NCBI GenBank assembly: GCA_035480955.1
Contig: DATIHF010000006.1
Span: 11,110 to 75,109, forward strand
Origin: Candidatus Saccharimonadales bacterium
Lineage (GTDB): Bacteria; Patescibacteriota; Microgenomatia; Woykebacterales; RBG-16-39-9b
Length of the DNA: 64,000 nt
Direction of reading: 5' to 3'
The notes beneath the pieces are model-generated. The model saw only the letters and a list, made by a program, of their open reading frames with translations. It was not told the origin of the DNA and searched no databases. Within the stretch, counting starts at the first letter, position 1. Every line of letters starts with the position of its first letter. Shown here piece by piece: positions 27,313 to 37,504 of the stretch. Position numbers and translations under genes: made by a program.

Positions 27313-29182
27313 GGATCACGATAACATCTATCACTTCCTGCAGTATTGCGCCTTTCACTGGAGAAATAAAGCCAAAAGCGGCGAAACCCATCGCGATGAA
27401 AGAGGCACCCATCCCAAACCAAATCCCGCCTTTGGCAATACTCAAAACTTTTTTACCAATTCTCAAAAGATGGTTGAGTTTGGCTAGATTATTTTCAACA
27501 AAGACAATATCAGCTGATTCACTGGAAATACTGCTACCACCTTCTCCCAAGGCGATTCCGACGGTTGCGGAGGCCAGGGCAGGAGCGTCATTGAAACCAT
27601 CACCCACCATAACTACGTCTTGGAATTTCTTCTTCAGCTCGAGGATAAAGGCGACTTTCTCGTCCGGCAGACTTTGAGCTTTGACCAGGTCGATCCCGGT
27701 CTGCGCGGCGACCTGCTCTGCAACAGTCGGAGAGTCTCCGGTAAGCATCGCCACTTGTTCGATCCCCAAAGTCTTCAACTCGGCAATTGTTTCTTTGATT
27801 TCCGGGCGGATCTGGTCTGCGAAGACGAGGCTGCCAACTATTTTTTGATCAACTCCGACGAAACTAACCATTTTCCCTTTTGAGCTCTGCTCTTCTTTAA
27901 ATTTGATCTGCTCGGGAGTGAATTTTAAACCCATATTTTTCAGGTGTTTCATACTGCCAACTGAAACGGCGTTCTTTTCAACAAAACCGGCGACTCCTTT
28001 GCCAAAAGTTTCTTTAAAATCTTTCGGGAAAGAAAGTTTGATTTTTTTCTCATTTGCAGCACTTACGATTGATTTGGACAGAATATGGGCCGAGAGTCTT
28101 TCAACTGAGGCAGACAAACGTAAAATTTCTGCTGAGTCAATTTTCTCGAAGGTTTTGACTTCCTCGACCGCGGGCATTCCGAAAGTCAGAGTCCCAGTTT
28201 TATCAAAAACTACTGCTTTGGCGGCACCAATTTTCTCAATCGCAATACCGTTTTTGACAATGATTCCTTTTTTAGCGGCTTTATTGATACCGCCCATGAT
28301 CGCAATCGGAGTGGCCAGAATCAGCGGGCAGGGGGTCGCGACCACCAAAACCGCCAGGACATTGGTCGTATCTTGGGTGAGTAAATAAGTGAAGCCCGCA
28401 ACCAAGAGAGTCACCGGGGTGAAGATCGCTCCGTAACGGTCAGCGAGCCGAACTAAAGGAGCTTTTGATTCCTGCGCTTCACGCACTAAACGAACAATCT
28501 GCTCGTATTTACTGTCTGAAGCTTTGCGGATCGTTTGAATTTTGATTGGGTTATCGAGATTAACACTTCCGGAAAGTAGGGCGGCATTGGACATTTTTTG
28601 GGTCGGGACTGGCTCACCAGTGAGAGCTGCCTCATTGATCGAGGTTTCTCCTTCAACTATTACCGCATCCACTGGTATGAGCTCACCAGGTTTGACCAAA
28701 AGAATGTCACCCACTCGCACTTGCTCAACACTCACATCAGTGACGCTTTCACCTTTGACTAGATGGGCGACCCGCGGAGCCGCGGCGGCTAATTTTTTTA
28801 AAGCATCCGAAGCGCTTCTCAAGGCATAATCTTCCAAGGCTCGGCCGCCAGAGAGCATGATAACCACGATCGCTCCTGCCAGGTATTGACCCAGTAGCAA
28901 CGAAGTAACAATTGCCAAGATCGCAATAACATCGGCACCAAAATTTTTCTTGAGCAACTCTTTCAGAGTGTCATAGGCGAGAGGAATCCCACCCAAAATT
29001 AAAACTAGTTGAAAAAATAAATTGGCAACTTGTTTCTGACCAGAGGCAAGCTCAAACAAACCTATTATTAATAAAACAAAAGAAAAGCTAAAAACTGGGT
29101 ATTTTTTTATCCACTCTGGCGAGCCGGGGAAAAATCGGGAATTTTCTTGCAAACTAGTATTTCCTTTCTTTTTTATTACCAA
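27287..29182 (-). CDS. Heavy-metal translocating P1B-type ATPase
   Basis: LTGEP, ATPCPL, DKTGTLT, MVGDGFNDAPALA. Confidence 0.95.
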   Translation of the reverse strand: MVIKKKGNTSLQENSRFFPGSPEWIKKYPVFSFSFVLLIIGLFELASGQKQVANLFFQLVLILGGIPLAYDTLKELLKKNFGADVIAILAIVTSLLLGQYLAGAIVVIMLSGGRALEDYALRSASDALKKLAAAAPRVAHLVKGESVTDVSVEQVRVGDILLVKPGELIPVDAVIVEGETSINEAALTGEPVPTQKMSNAALLSGSVNLDNPIKIQTIRKASDSKYEQIVRLVREAQESKAPLVRLADRYGAIFTPVTLLVAGFTYLLTQDTTNVLAVLVVATPCPLILATPIAIMGGINKAAKKGIIVKNGIAIEKIGAAKAVVFDKTGTLTFGMPAVEEVKTFEKIDSAEILRLSASVERLSAHILSKSIVSAANEKKIKLSFPKDFKETFGKGVAGFVEKNAVSVGSMKHLKNMGLKFTPEQIKFKEEQSSKGKMVSFVGVDQKIVGSLVFADQIRPEIKETIAELKTLGIEQVAMLTGDSPTVAEQVAAQTGIDLVKAQSLPDEKVAFILELKKKFQDVVMVGDGFNDAPALASATVGIALGEGGSSISSESADIVFVENNLAKLNHLLRIGKKVLSIAKGGIWFGMGASFIAMGFAAFGFISPVKGAILQEVIDVIVILNALRVSR

Positions 29183-29396
29183 AGTTTCTTTAATTTAAAA
29201 CCCTACGAAGTTAAATTACAAGAACAATGGAAAACTTACCACCGCTTCAAAGACAAAATAATACTTTTGTTCCCAGTTTGATCGTTTTTCTGCTCTCTCT
29301 GGTTTTGATTTTTGCGGCTTACTTCTTGCTCTTTCGCTTTATCGTCCTTGGCTAACTTGCTTTCTCCTAATTTCTCTGAGAAACTAGTAAAAGTAG

Positions 29397-29987
29397 ATGC
29401 CAACAACAATCTTTTTCGTGCGCCATGGCCAAAGTGAAAATTTGGAAAAAATAAATTACGGCCGCATGCCTGGCTATCCTTTATCAGAAACTGGGACCGC
29501 CCAAGCCGAGGCGGACGGAAAATATTTTGCTGATAAAAAGATAACGGCCATTTTTACCTCTCCTTTGGAAAGGTCCTTTCAAACCGCGGACATCATTGCC
29601 AAAGCTTGCCCCTCGGCAACTGTGGAGCATGTCTTTGATCTCAATGAAGCTGAGGCGACTCACTGGCAGGGAATGAAAGTAGAGGAGCTTTTCACCAACA
29701 GTTTTTACGAAACTTTTGTCAACGATCCAGATGCAGATATCGGCACGGAAAATCTCACTGAAGTGGCCGCTCGTATGGAAAAAACACTCCAGGAAATCCT
29801 CTCAAAACACAAAGGGCAAAATATTGTCTGCGTTTCCCATGAATTTCCAATTCTTGCGCTAAAACTCAAACTTGAAGGCAAGCCTTTGCAGAGTATGAAA
29901 ACTTATCACCTGCCGATGGGCGGAGTGCTTTCGTTTACTTTTGACGATTCCGGAAAATTTGTTAAAACCGAAGAAGTCAGCGTCTGA
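29397..29987 (+). CDS. Histidine phosphatase family protein
   Basis: VRHGQS, SPLERSFQTA, VSHE. Confidence 0.92.
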   Translation: MPTTIFFVRHGQSENLEKINYGRMPGYPLSETGTAQAEADGKYFADKKITAIFTSPLERSFQTADIIAKACPSATVEHVFDLNEAEATHWQGMKVEELFTNSFYETFVNDPDADIGTENLTEVAARMEKTLQEILSKHKGQNIVCVSHEFPILALKLKLEGKPLQSMKTYHLPMGGVLSFTFDDSGKFVKTEEVSV

Positions 29988-30369
29988 AAAGGCGTTTGTT
30001 GATGGCGCGGATAGGGAAAAGCGGATCAAAAGAGCGGATTGAAAAATTCCTCAAACTTCTTCTAGACCTTCCCTTTGACCAATCTTTTTCTCTTCTTAAA
30101 ATCTCATTCATCCGATCACAAGCTTTATCAATCGCTGCGTACATGTCACCTGCTTGATCAGAAATCTTCAAAGTTTTCTTGGGGATTTTCACCACAATAT
30201 TGACGATGAAGTCTGTTTCTTTATCTTTGTGCGCTTTCTCCGAGCGCAGCTCAATCTCAGTCCTAATAATCTCAGGGAAATAGCGATAAAATTTTTGGGA
30301 TTTTTTGGTCGCGTAGTCTTGCAGGGCCTGATTTTCGTTTAGGTGTTTACCTTTGACAACGATACTCAT
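29977..30369 (-). CDS. raiA: Ribosome hibernation factor (RaiA/HPF family)
   Basis: I.VKGKHL...ALQDYA.KK, DMYAAIDKA.DR...LRREK. Confidence 0.85.
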   Translation of the reverse strand: MSIVVKGKHLNENQALQDYATKKSQKFYRYFPEIIRTEIELRSEKAHKDKETDFIVNIVVKIPKKTLKISDQAGDMYAAIDKACDRMNEILRREKDWSKGRSRRSLRNFSIRSFDPLFPIRAINKRLFRR

Positions 30370-30455
30370 CTGATGAAAAGTATAATTTGTCTGTCCCTTG
30401 ATTTCAAGAAAGAAGCGAGCAAATTTTTTGAAAGATTGACTTTCCGCAGGAAAGC

Positions 30456-30469
30456 GAGCGCGAAGCGAT
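30456..30469. repeat. REP-like palindromic motif GAGCGCGAAGCGAT
   Basis: Identical 14-mer at 47376-47389; both copies are intergenic and preceded by TTGAC..TTTC..GGAAA. Confidence 0.6.
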
Positions 30470-30509
30470 TGACAACCAAGCGGCTTTTTCGATAGGCTAA
30501 AGAGAGCCC

Positions 30510-31247
30510 ATGCAAGACGCTACTGCTACCACTCAAATTTCCACTGAAGCTTTTCCTATACAAGAGCCGATCGTGCTCACCCCCGGACTTGACGAAAAAG
30601 TCAAAAAAAGTAAGCCAAAAACCGGTAGGGGAGCTTTTTCAACTCTCGGTATCCTCCTCGCCGGCTGGTTTTTTGGTAATTTGATTTTGGTGGGACTTCT
30701 TTCGATCGTTGTCATGGTCTCGGCCTCTTCTACTGGATTGATCAAAGTTCCTTTTTTCACCGAAAATTTTTTTGGAAAAAGCTTGTCCACTAGCGTCGTG
30801 GCGGACGCTACCGGTCTAGAGTCTGCCGAAGCAAAAATAGCGGAAATCAACACTCTCTCCTCAAATAAAACCATCAAAAGCCTACAGTTCACACAAGATG
30901 AGATCAACGCTCTTTTTGCCAATCAAGTCGAACAGAAGGGTAGTTTTCCACTTTATGATCCCAAGATTGTTATCAAAGATGGAAAGTTTGTTTTCAGTGC
31001 CAAGATGATTCAGACAAATGCTCCAGTTACCATCGCCGGCAACGTCACTTCTTCGGGTCTAATTGCCAATATCGAGCTCACTTCAGCAAAATTTGGCAAA
31101 GTCTCCCTGCCGACTTTTCTAGCCAGCAATTTATTTGATTCTTACTTGTCACAAATTGGCCTGAGTCTCTCAGGTAGCCAAGTGCCGGCCAAGCAAATCA
31201 CCCTGGAAAACGGATCGGTGACCCTGGTCTCTGTTTCCAAACCCTAA
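30510..31247 (+). CDS. Hypothetical membrane-anchored protein
   Basis: TM followed by a beta-rich domain (FTQDEINAL, KFGKVSLP). Confidence 0.75.
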   Translation: MQDATATTQISTEAFPIQEPIVLTPGLDEKVKKSKPKTGRGAFSTLGILLAGWFFGNLILVGLLSIVVMVSASSTGLIKVPFFTENFFGKSLSTSVVADATGLESAEAKIAEINTLSSNKTIKSLQFTQDEINALFANQVEQKGSFPLYDPKIVIKDGKFVFSAKMIQTNAPVTIAGNVTSSGLIANIELTSAKFGKVSLPTFLASNLFDSYLSQIGLSLSGSQVPAKQITLENGSVTLVSVSKP

Positions 31248-31289
31248 CTCTCATTTGAGAAAAAACTCGCAATCGAATAAACTTAAAAT

Positions 31290-31652
31290 ATGCAGCCTGC
31301 CATCTCAATCAGCTCATACCTGATTAGCTTGCCTTTGGAATTTCTCAACTGGTGGTTCGTCGAGGCAACTTTCAACCTTTTCAAAATTCTCCGTTTCGTC
31401 CTAGCTGCCGCCCTTCGTTTGTTGGGAGTCGAGTTGCTTTTGAAAACTTTTTTCAAACCCTGGAAAAATGAATACCGAGAAGGGTTGACCCGCTTTGCCC
31501 TTTTCATGGGTATGGGGATCAAAACTTTTATTTTATTTTTTGATTTTTTGTTTTTCTCAGCTTTGATTTTTCTGGAAGGGCTCATTTTAGTAGCTTGGCT
31601 TGCTTTTCCACTGCTTGTAATCTGGGGGGTCTATGCTGCAATTTTCACCTAG
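31290..31652 (+). CDS. Conserved membrane protein upstream of the Clp ATPase
   Basis: FLNWWF, LLLKTFFKPWK motif; overlaps the Clp start. Confidence 0.75.
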   Translation: MQPAISISSYLISLPLEFLNWWFVEATFNLFKILRFVLAAALRLLGVELLLKTFFKPWKNEYREGLTRFALFMGMGIKTFILFFDFLFFSALIFLEGLILVAWLAFPLLVIWGVYAAIFT

Positions 31653-34089
31653 TACCAGCAGAGTTTGGCAAGCCGCGACCTTTTGCCTCATCTACAGCTC
31701 ACTTTTGGGGATAATCATCAGACTCTCGGCTTTCATACTTTTGCTGACGACTATCTTGTTACTTCTCACCAATGGCACCAAATTTTTCCCGCCGCTGCTT
31801 TTTTCTCTTTTGTCACTTCTGATTATGTTTGAATTTTTCTATCGTTTTAAAGTCAGCCGCGAAAAGCCCCGCTTCAGCGTCGAAGAAATAAAAGAAACTA
31901 CCAATTTAGCTGATTTAGTTACGCTCCCGCTGGCCAAACTGCTTCTTTCTCACCCTGCTTGGAGCGAAACAAAAAGTCTCATGAATGCGCTGAGTTTTTC
32001 GGAAAGTGTCAAATTTGTCCTTTACCGGTCAGGAATCTCACGGGACAACTTGGGAGCTCTTTTTGCCAACGGGGAAGAGATAAACTTGAACGGCGCGCTG
32101 CAGACTGCGGCAGATATTTCCGCGAAAGAAGGTTGGGTCTACATCGATGAGCTCTCACTGGTCTCAGCTTTGTTCAGCAAATCTGCTCTCCTACAGAAGC
32201 TCCTTTTTGACCGAAACCTCAAGCAAAATGACCTAGACAATATCCTACACTGGGCCCGGGAAGCGCAAAAAGTTTATCTCGAAGATCGACCTTTTTGGGA
32301 ACTTTCGACTTCCTCCTTGGGACTAGGACTAGCGGAGGTTTGGATGGGTGGTTGGACTCTGGAGACTGAAAAATACACCAAGGATATCAACACCGAAGTA
32401 CTCAAAAGAAGTGAGGAATATTTTTTGGTCGGTCGGGGCAAAGAAGTCTCCCAACTTGAACAAGTACTTCTGCGAACCAGCAAGAGAAATGCGATTTTGC
32501 TGGGTGAGCCGGGTCTGGGAAAAACGACAATTGTTTATTCTCTCGCGAGAAAATCCGTGATTGGGGAGCTTCCGGTCGAGCTCTCTTACAAACGCTTCAT
32601 GGAGCTGGATCTCACCTCAATCAATGCTTCAGCGAACGAGGGAGAGATCGAGCAGAGACTCAAAAATATTTTGGTTGAGGTTTCCCATGCTGGGGACGTC
32701 GTGCTTTTTGTTCCCAACATTGAGAACCTCGCTGGCGCGCTTGAAGGCGGAAAGTTTGATATCTCAGGACTGCTTTCTCAGACTTTGAAAGATATTAACT
32801 TGCAAGTCATTGGAACTTCCACACGAGCAGCCTTCCATAAATACATCGAGGACAAAGCAGTTTTTGCCGATTCCTTCGAGGTCATTGACGTGACCGAGCC
32901 AAATACAGACGAGGCGATCAGAATATTGGAAGAAGCAACTCATCTGATTGAAAGTAAAACTGGTGTGAAGATTACTTACAAAGCGATTCTGAAAGCAGTT
33001 GAGCTCTCGGAACGCTACCTAATTGACAAAGTTTTGCCAGGTAAAGCGATCAACCTGGTCGATGAGGCAGCGGCCAATATCGCTCTTTCCGGGAAAAAAT
33101 TGCTGGAAGAGTCCGACATTGAACATATAATTTCTGATAAAGCGAAGGTCCCGGCTGGACTTGCTACTGGAGAAGAGAAAGATAAATTACTCCAGCTTGA
33201 AAAAGTCCTCCACCAGAGAATCGTCTCCCAAGATGAGGCCATCTCGGCTATCTCTCAAGCTGTCAGGCGGGCGAGAACTCTCAAACGAGACAGCAAAAAA
33301 CCAATCGGAGTTTTCCTTTTTCTGGGACCAACTGGAGTGGGAAAGACCGAGACTGCCAAAGCTCTCGCGGAGGTTTACTACGGATCAGAAGAGCGGATCT
33401 TGCGCTTTGACATGAGTGAATTTAACCAGGAAAACAGTGTTTATCGACTCATCGGCTCTCCTCCTGGCTCATCAGAATTTAAAGAAGGCGGCCAGCTCAC
33501 TGAAGCAGTCCGGGTCAATCCTTTTAGTTTGATCCTATTGGATGAGCTGGAAAAAGCCCACAGCAAAGTTTTGGAAATTTTCTTGGCAATTTTCGATGAG
33601 GGAAGGATCACTGACTCTTCAGGACGACCAATTTCTTTTACCAATACAATAATAATTGGAACGTCCAATGCGGGAGCAGAGTATATCCGCGAGCAAATCA
33701 ACAGCGGTAACCCAGCAGATCTGAAAAAATCTTTAATTGAGAAGCTTTTGACTGAAAATACTTTTCGTCCTGAGTTTATCAACCGTTTTGATGATGTGAT
33801 CGTCTATCGACCACTGGATCAGATCGAAGTCACCAAAGTAGTCGAAATGCTTTTGAACAATCTAGCTCGCCGCTTAGAGAAACAAGATTTAACAGTGAAA
33901 TTCACTCCAGCTCTTGTAACCTTTCTAGCCAAAATAGGCTACGATCCACAGTTTGGCGCTCGACCACTCCAGCGAGCGATCCAGGATCAAGTTGAAGCAA
34001 AAATTTCCCAGGCAATACTAGAGGGCAAACTCGCTCGGGGAGCCAAAACCACTGTTACAGCAGCCAACGACCAAGTCACTTTAAGTTAA
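31633..34089 (+). CDS. ClpA/ClpB-like AAA+ ATPase with N-terminal TM segments
   Basis: GEPGLGKT, GPTGVGKTE, LLDELEKAH, FRPEFINRFD, GARPLQR. Confidence 0.92.
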   Translation: MLQFSPSTSRVWQAATFCLIYSSLLGIIIRLSAFILLLTTILLLLTNGTKFFPPLLFSLLSLLIMFEFFYRFKVSREKPRFSVEEIKETTNLADLVTLPLAKLLLSHPAWSETKSLMNALSFSESVKFVLYRSGISRDNLGALFANGEEINLNGALQTAADISAKEGWVYIDELSLVSALFSKSALLQKLLFDRNLKQNDLDNILHWAREAQKVYLEDRPFWELSTSSLGLGLAEVWMGGWTLETEKYTKDINTEVLKRSEEYFLVGRGKEVSQLEQVLLRTSKRNAILLGEPGLGKTTIVYSLARKSVIGELPVELSYKRFMELDLTSINASANEGEIEQRLKNILVEVSHAGDVVLFVPNIENLAGALEGGKFDISGLLSQTLKDINLQVIGTSTRAAFHKYIEDKAVFADSFEVIDVTEPNTDEAIRILEEATHLIESKTGVKITYKAILKAVELSERYLIDKVLPGKAINLVDEAAANIALSGKKLLEESDIEHIISDKAKVPAGLATGEEKDKLLQLEKVLHQRIVSQDEAISAISQAVRRARTLKRDSKKPIGVFLFLGPTGVGKTETAKALAEVYYGSEERILRFDMSEFNQENSVYRLIGSPPGSSEFKEGGQLTEAVRVNPFSLILLDELEKAHSKVLEIFLAIFDEGRITDSSGRPISFTNTIIIGTSNAGAEYIREQINSGNPADLKKSLIEKLLTENTFRPEFINRFDDVIVYRPLDQIEVTKVVEMLLNNLARRLEKQDLTVKFTPALVTFLAKIGYDPQFGARPLQRAIQDQVEAKISQAILEGKLARGAKTTVTAANDQVTLS

Positions 34090-34158
34090 TTCTTCCAAAT
34101 TTTGATCTTGAAAGGTATAATACAAAGGTTCATAAACTAATTCCAAGGAGGGAGAGTT

Positions 34159-34479
34159 ATGCACTGGTTCTTAACCAAAACTGTTAAGGCACTCGTGCTT
34201 GCCATACTGACAGCTGTAAGTTGTGGTTTACTTGTGTCGCTCTTCATACTATTGACCTCAACAGAAAGCTGGAACCAAATGAAAACTCTGGTGGTGGTAG
34301 TCTCCTTTTTCTTGTTCGTGGGCATTTTCACAGTGTTGATGATTGATTTAAGTGAAAACCCTACAGCAGAATTGTATGAACCAGTAAAACCGATTAAGAA
34401 AAAGGCAGACGCAGACGTTTTGATTGAAGATGTCCTAGACTTTCTTAACGAGAATAATCCCACATTAAAGAAGAAATAA
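34159..34479 (+). CDS. Orphan two-TM protein
   Basis: SD AAGGAGG, upstream TATAAT. Confidence 0.65.
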   Translation: MHWFLTKTVKALVLAILTAVSCGLLVSLFILLTSTESWNQMKTLVVVVSFFLFVGIFTVLMIDLSENPTAELYEPVKPIKKKADADVLIEDVLDFLNENNPTLKKK

Positions 34480-34599
34480 GATGATCAAATGTGAAGTCGG
34501 AGAGTTACCACGCTGAGCCGTTAACTGAAGAAAGTTGCGGCTCTTTTTTTATTTTTTACTCCTTTTGTTATAATAGCCACGATCAATCCTGAAGGAGGC

Positions 34600-34899
34600 G
34601 TGATGAAGGCGATCAGCGAAGGCAGAGCGATTCTTTTCGAAAGCTACTGTCGAGAAGAAGGAAAGATCATCGGTCGACAGATCTTTGCTCAGAAAACCAC
34701 TCTCGATGGCTACCGTATCGTAGTTGTTGGAGACTCAATCTATTACGCTTCAGCACTTAACAAGAGGGATTTAAGAAAGCTCTTGACGACTGACTTGGGT
34801 GCAAATGAACAAATCGTCTGCTTCCTACAAAGAAGAGAAAATTTCATTGTCGGGTTTGAAAAACGTGTCATAAATCAAATCGTCGAAAGAGCAGTGTAA
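34600..34899 (+). CDS. Orphan protein
   Basis: SD GAAGGAGG, upstream TATAAT. Confidence 0.6.
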   Translation: MMKAISEGRAILFESYCREEGKIIGRQIFAQKTTLDGYRIVVVGDSIYYASALNKRDLRKLLTTDLGANEQIVCFLQRRENFIVGFEKRVINQIVERAV

Positions 34900-34962
34900 G
34901 GAACAATCCAGAAAAGAAGCGGTGAGCAAAGAGAAAGTTTTTCTGAGACCAAGGCAGTACTG

Positions 34963-35208
34963 ATGCACCACTTCGGAATCAACTCTCAAGTTAGAGCGGC
35001 CAGGATTGTGGAAGAGCGTAGTGAAAACACATTCGTACTAGCTCAACCACAGACTTACAACTGCGAAGTGGGCAACTATGATGTTGCTAAACTAATTGAT
35101 AGTAGAGAACCAGAGCAGTGGCTCATCTGTACGATTTTCGATGGGGCAGTAATACAGATCAAAAGGGAGTCGAGAGGAAAGATCATCAAAGCAACAGACC
35201 AAGTTTAA
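34963..35208 (+). CDS. Orphan protein (in frame with 34600 across one TAA)
   Basis: Open frame followed by an AGACCAAG..CTTGGTCT-T tract terminator; no clear SD. Confidence 0.5.
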   Translation: MHHFGINSQVRAARIVEERSENTFVLAQPQTYNCEVGNYDVAKLIDSREPEQWLICTIFDGAVIQIKRESRGKIIKATDQV

Positions 35209-35301
35209 CCACTTGGTCTTTTTTTTAACCCATAGCATTGAATAGTATTTAAAATTCTGTTAAAATAATCTTGAAATCAAGCGCATTTCAAGGAGGAGAG
35301 C

Positions 35302-35655
35302 GTGAACACTCCCGAGGCAGTTCGCACTTTGTCAAAGATTGCTGAACATCTTGTGATGGACGCCAGAGGAACAGAGTTAAAGTACGAGACAGGCGATTTC
35401 CAACGTATTCTTCAATACAGCGTTCACACTGACGTTGTTCTTGTGGAAGACTGGACCTCCCATTCCCACAGAATAGGAAGATACAGATGGGAAGGGTTCA
35501 AGGGTTTCGAGCCAGAAGATGGAAATGCAGTTGTTCTCATCTTTGAACACGGTGGCTGGCAAACTCGAGTGAGACTTGGACGTATTAATGGTCCAGAGGT
35601 GAGTGTCTATCATATAGCACCTACTCTGATAGCTCATGAGGGCACCGTCTCCTGA
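35302..35655 (+). CDS. Orphan protein
   Basis: SD AAGGAGG + GTG; promoter TTGAAT-17-TAAAAT. Confidence 0.65.
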   Translation: MNTPEAVRTLSKIAEHLVMDARGTELKYETGDFQRILQYSVHTDVVLVEDWTSHSHRIGRYRWEGFKGFEPEDGNAVVLIFEHGGWQTRVRLGRINGPEVSVYHIAPTLIAHEGTVS

Positions 35656-35672
35656 GGAAGGGGAGAAAGTGA

Positions 35673-35750
35673 ATGGATTCCAACCGTATCGGAACATTGG
35701 TGTTCATCACGATCATCATCGTCATAGTGATAGCGTACCAAACGAGATGA
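35673..35750 (+). CDS. 25-aa TM microprotein
   Basis: SD GGGGAG; MDSNRIGTLVFITIIIVIVIAYQTR*. Confidence 0.55.
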   Translation: MDSNRIGTLVFITIIIVIVIAYQTR

Positions 35751-35772
35751 TGGTCACTGGAGGTCTAAGCCC

Positions 35773-35859
35773 ATGAGAAAGATCAACTGGGACGTGGTCG
35801 GGCTCTTACTTGGTCTCGTCTCTTTGGTCGCGATCATCGTGGTCAGCAATATCCTGTAG
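35773..35859 (+). CDS. 28-aa TM microprotein
   Basis: SD GGAGGT; MRKINWDVVGLLLGLVSLVAIIVVSNIL*. Confidence 0.6.
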   Translation: MRKINWDVVGLLLGLVSLVAIIVVSNIL

Positions 35860-35867
35860 GAGGGGCC

Positions 35868-36011
35868 ATGATCAACAAGGTCTTCGCTTTCTTGCAAGCA
35901 ATGAAGAAAAGGATGGATAGAGAGAACGAAGAGCACTTCCCAGGGTTCATCGCGATCGCCGCAGTGTTACTCGCGATTTTTCTCGCGACAACCTACAACA
36001 CCTTCGGCTAG
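35868..36011 (+). CDS. 47-aa TM microprotein
   Basis: SD AGGAGG overlapping the previous stop; MINKVFAFLQAMKKRMDRENEEHFPGFIAIAAVLLAIFLATTYNTFG*; terminator GACTCCC..GGGAGTC-T tract at 36039-36073. Confidence 0.6.
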   Translation: MINKVFAFLQAMKKRMDRENEEHFPGFIAIAAVLLAIFLATTYNTFG

Positions 36012-36118
36012 ACAATAAATCAGCAATGGACAAACCATGACTCCCTCGCAACCGCTTGGGAGTCTTTCTTTTTCCGAACATTGACCAAAAGTTCTACAAG
36101 TACTAAGATAGGCTTTCT

Positions 36119-37462
36119 ATGGGGATGAAACTGACCAGCAAAGCTCGCGCAAAAAAACTCTTTACTCCACTGACTGCCAATGGTCAAAAACCATTAGCTG
36201 AAAGAATCCGTCCAACTAACCTTGAGGGCTTTGTCGGTCAAGAGCATTTGGTCGGGCAGGGGAAACTGATCTCCACTTTACTCCGACAAGACAAAATCCC
36301 TTCTCTAATTTTCTGGGGGCCACCAGGCTCGGGTAAAACAACTCTCGCGAAAATCATCGCCCACGAAACCAAATCTTTTTTTGAATTCCACTCTGCAGTC
36401 GAGGTCGGCGTCAACGACATCAAAATAGTTATTAACGAATCTAAGGAGAGGCTTGAACTTACTCAGCAAAGGACGATTCTTTGCATTGACGAGATCCATC
36501 GCTGGAACAAATCCCAACAAGCGATCCTGCTGCCTTTTGTCGAAGACGGAACAATCATTCTTATCGGCGCAACCACCGAAAATCCTTCTTTTGAAGTCAT
36601 CGGCCCACTGCTTTCTCGCAGCAAAGTTGTCATTCTCGAAAGATTGGAAGAAGCAGACATCAAGAAACTAGTTCAACACGCCCTGCGCGATAAAACTCAT
36701 GGGTTGGGCAATTCAAAAGCAAAACTGGAACCAGAGGCCATGCAACTTTTGTTGGACGCCTCGAACGGGGATGCGAGGACGACCCTCAACGCTCTGGAAA
36801 TTGCTGTTAATCTCACTTCGCAACGAAACGGCGAGAGGAAAGTTACGGTTGAGAAAATCGAGCAAGCTTTGGGCAGTAAAAAACTGCTTTACGATAAAAC
36901 TGGAGAAGAACACTACAATGTCATCTCGGCTTTCATCAAAAGTTTGCGCGGCTCTGACCCTGACGCGGCGGTCTATTATCTGGCGAGAATGCTGGAGGCA
37001 GGAGAAGATCCAGAATTTATCGCGCGAAGAATGATAATTTTAGCCAGCGAAGACGTCGGCAACGCTGACCCCAAAGCTCTGCAGGTTGCGGTTGCGACCG
37101 CCCAAGCCCTACAATTTGTCGGTTTACCAGAAGCGGCCATTAATCTCGCTCAAGCGGCAACTTATCTAGCCACCACACCGAAAAGCAACGCTAGCTACAT
37201 GTCACTGCGCTTTGCACAATCAGACGTCAGAGCCACTCTCAACGAACCAGTGCCGCTGCATCTACGCAACGCAGTCACTGATCTGATGAAAGATGTGGGC
37301 TACGGAAAAGGTTATAAATATGCTCATGATTATGAAGGTGGGGTAGTGGAGCAGCAATTTCTTCCCGACAGCCTCAAAAATAAAAAGTACTACCATCCCA
37401 AAAAAATTGGGTATGAGAAATATATCAAAGAACATCTCGAAAAAATCAATTCCAATAATTAG
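36119..37462 (+). CDS. rarA: Replication-associated recombination protein A (RarA/MgsA)
   Basis: [56 protein letters not shown]. Confidence 0.96.
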   Translation: MGMKLTSKARAKKLFTPLTANGQKPLAERIRPTNLEGFVGQEHLVGQGKLISTLLRQDKIPSLIFWGPPGSGKTTLAKIIAHETKSFFEFHSAVEVGVNDIKIVINESKERLELTQQRTILCIDEIHRWNKSQQAILLPFVEDGTIILIGATTENPSFEVIGPLLSRSKVVILERLEEADIKKLVQHALRDKTHGLGNSKAKLEPEAMQLLLDASNGDARTTLNALEIAVNLTSQRNGERKVTVEKIEQALGSKKLLYDKTGEEHYNVISAFIKSLRGSDPDAAVYYLARMLEAGEDPEFIARRMIILASEDVGNADPKALQVAVATAQALQFVGLPEAAINLAQAATYLATTPKSNASYMSLRFAQSDVRATLNEPVPLHLRNAVTDLMKDVGYGKGYKYAHDYEGGVVEQQFLPDSLKNKKYYHPKKIGYEKYIKEHLEKINSNN

Positions 37463-37504
37463 CATTGCTGTTTTGTTTGCTTTTTCTTTGTTAAAATTAA
37501 ACAA

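Noticed and set aside
29235-29355. Possible - strand micro-ORF (LAKDDKAKEQ...) after AGGAG
   Set aside because: It would need a TTA start; insufficient support.
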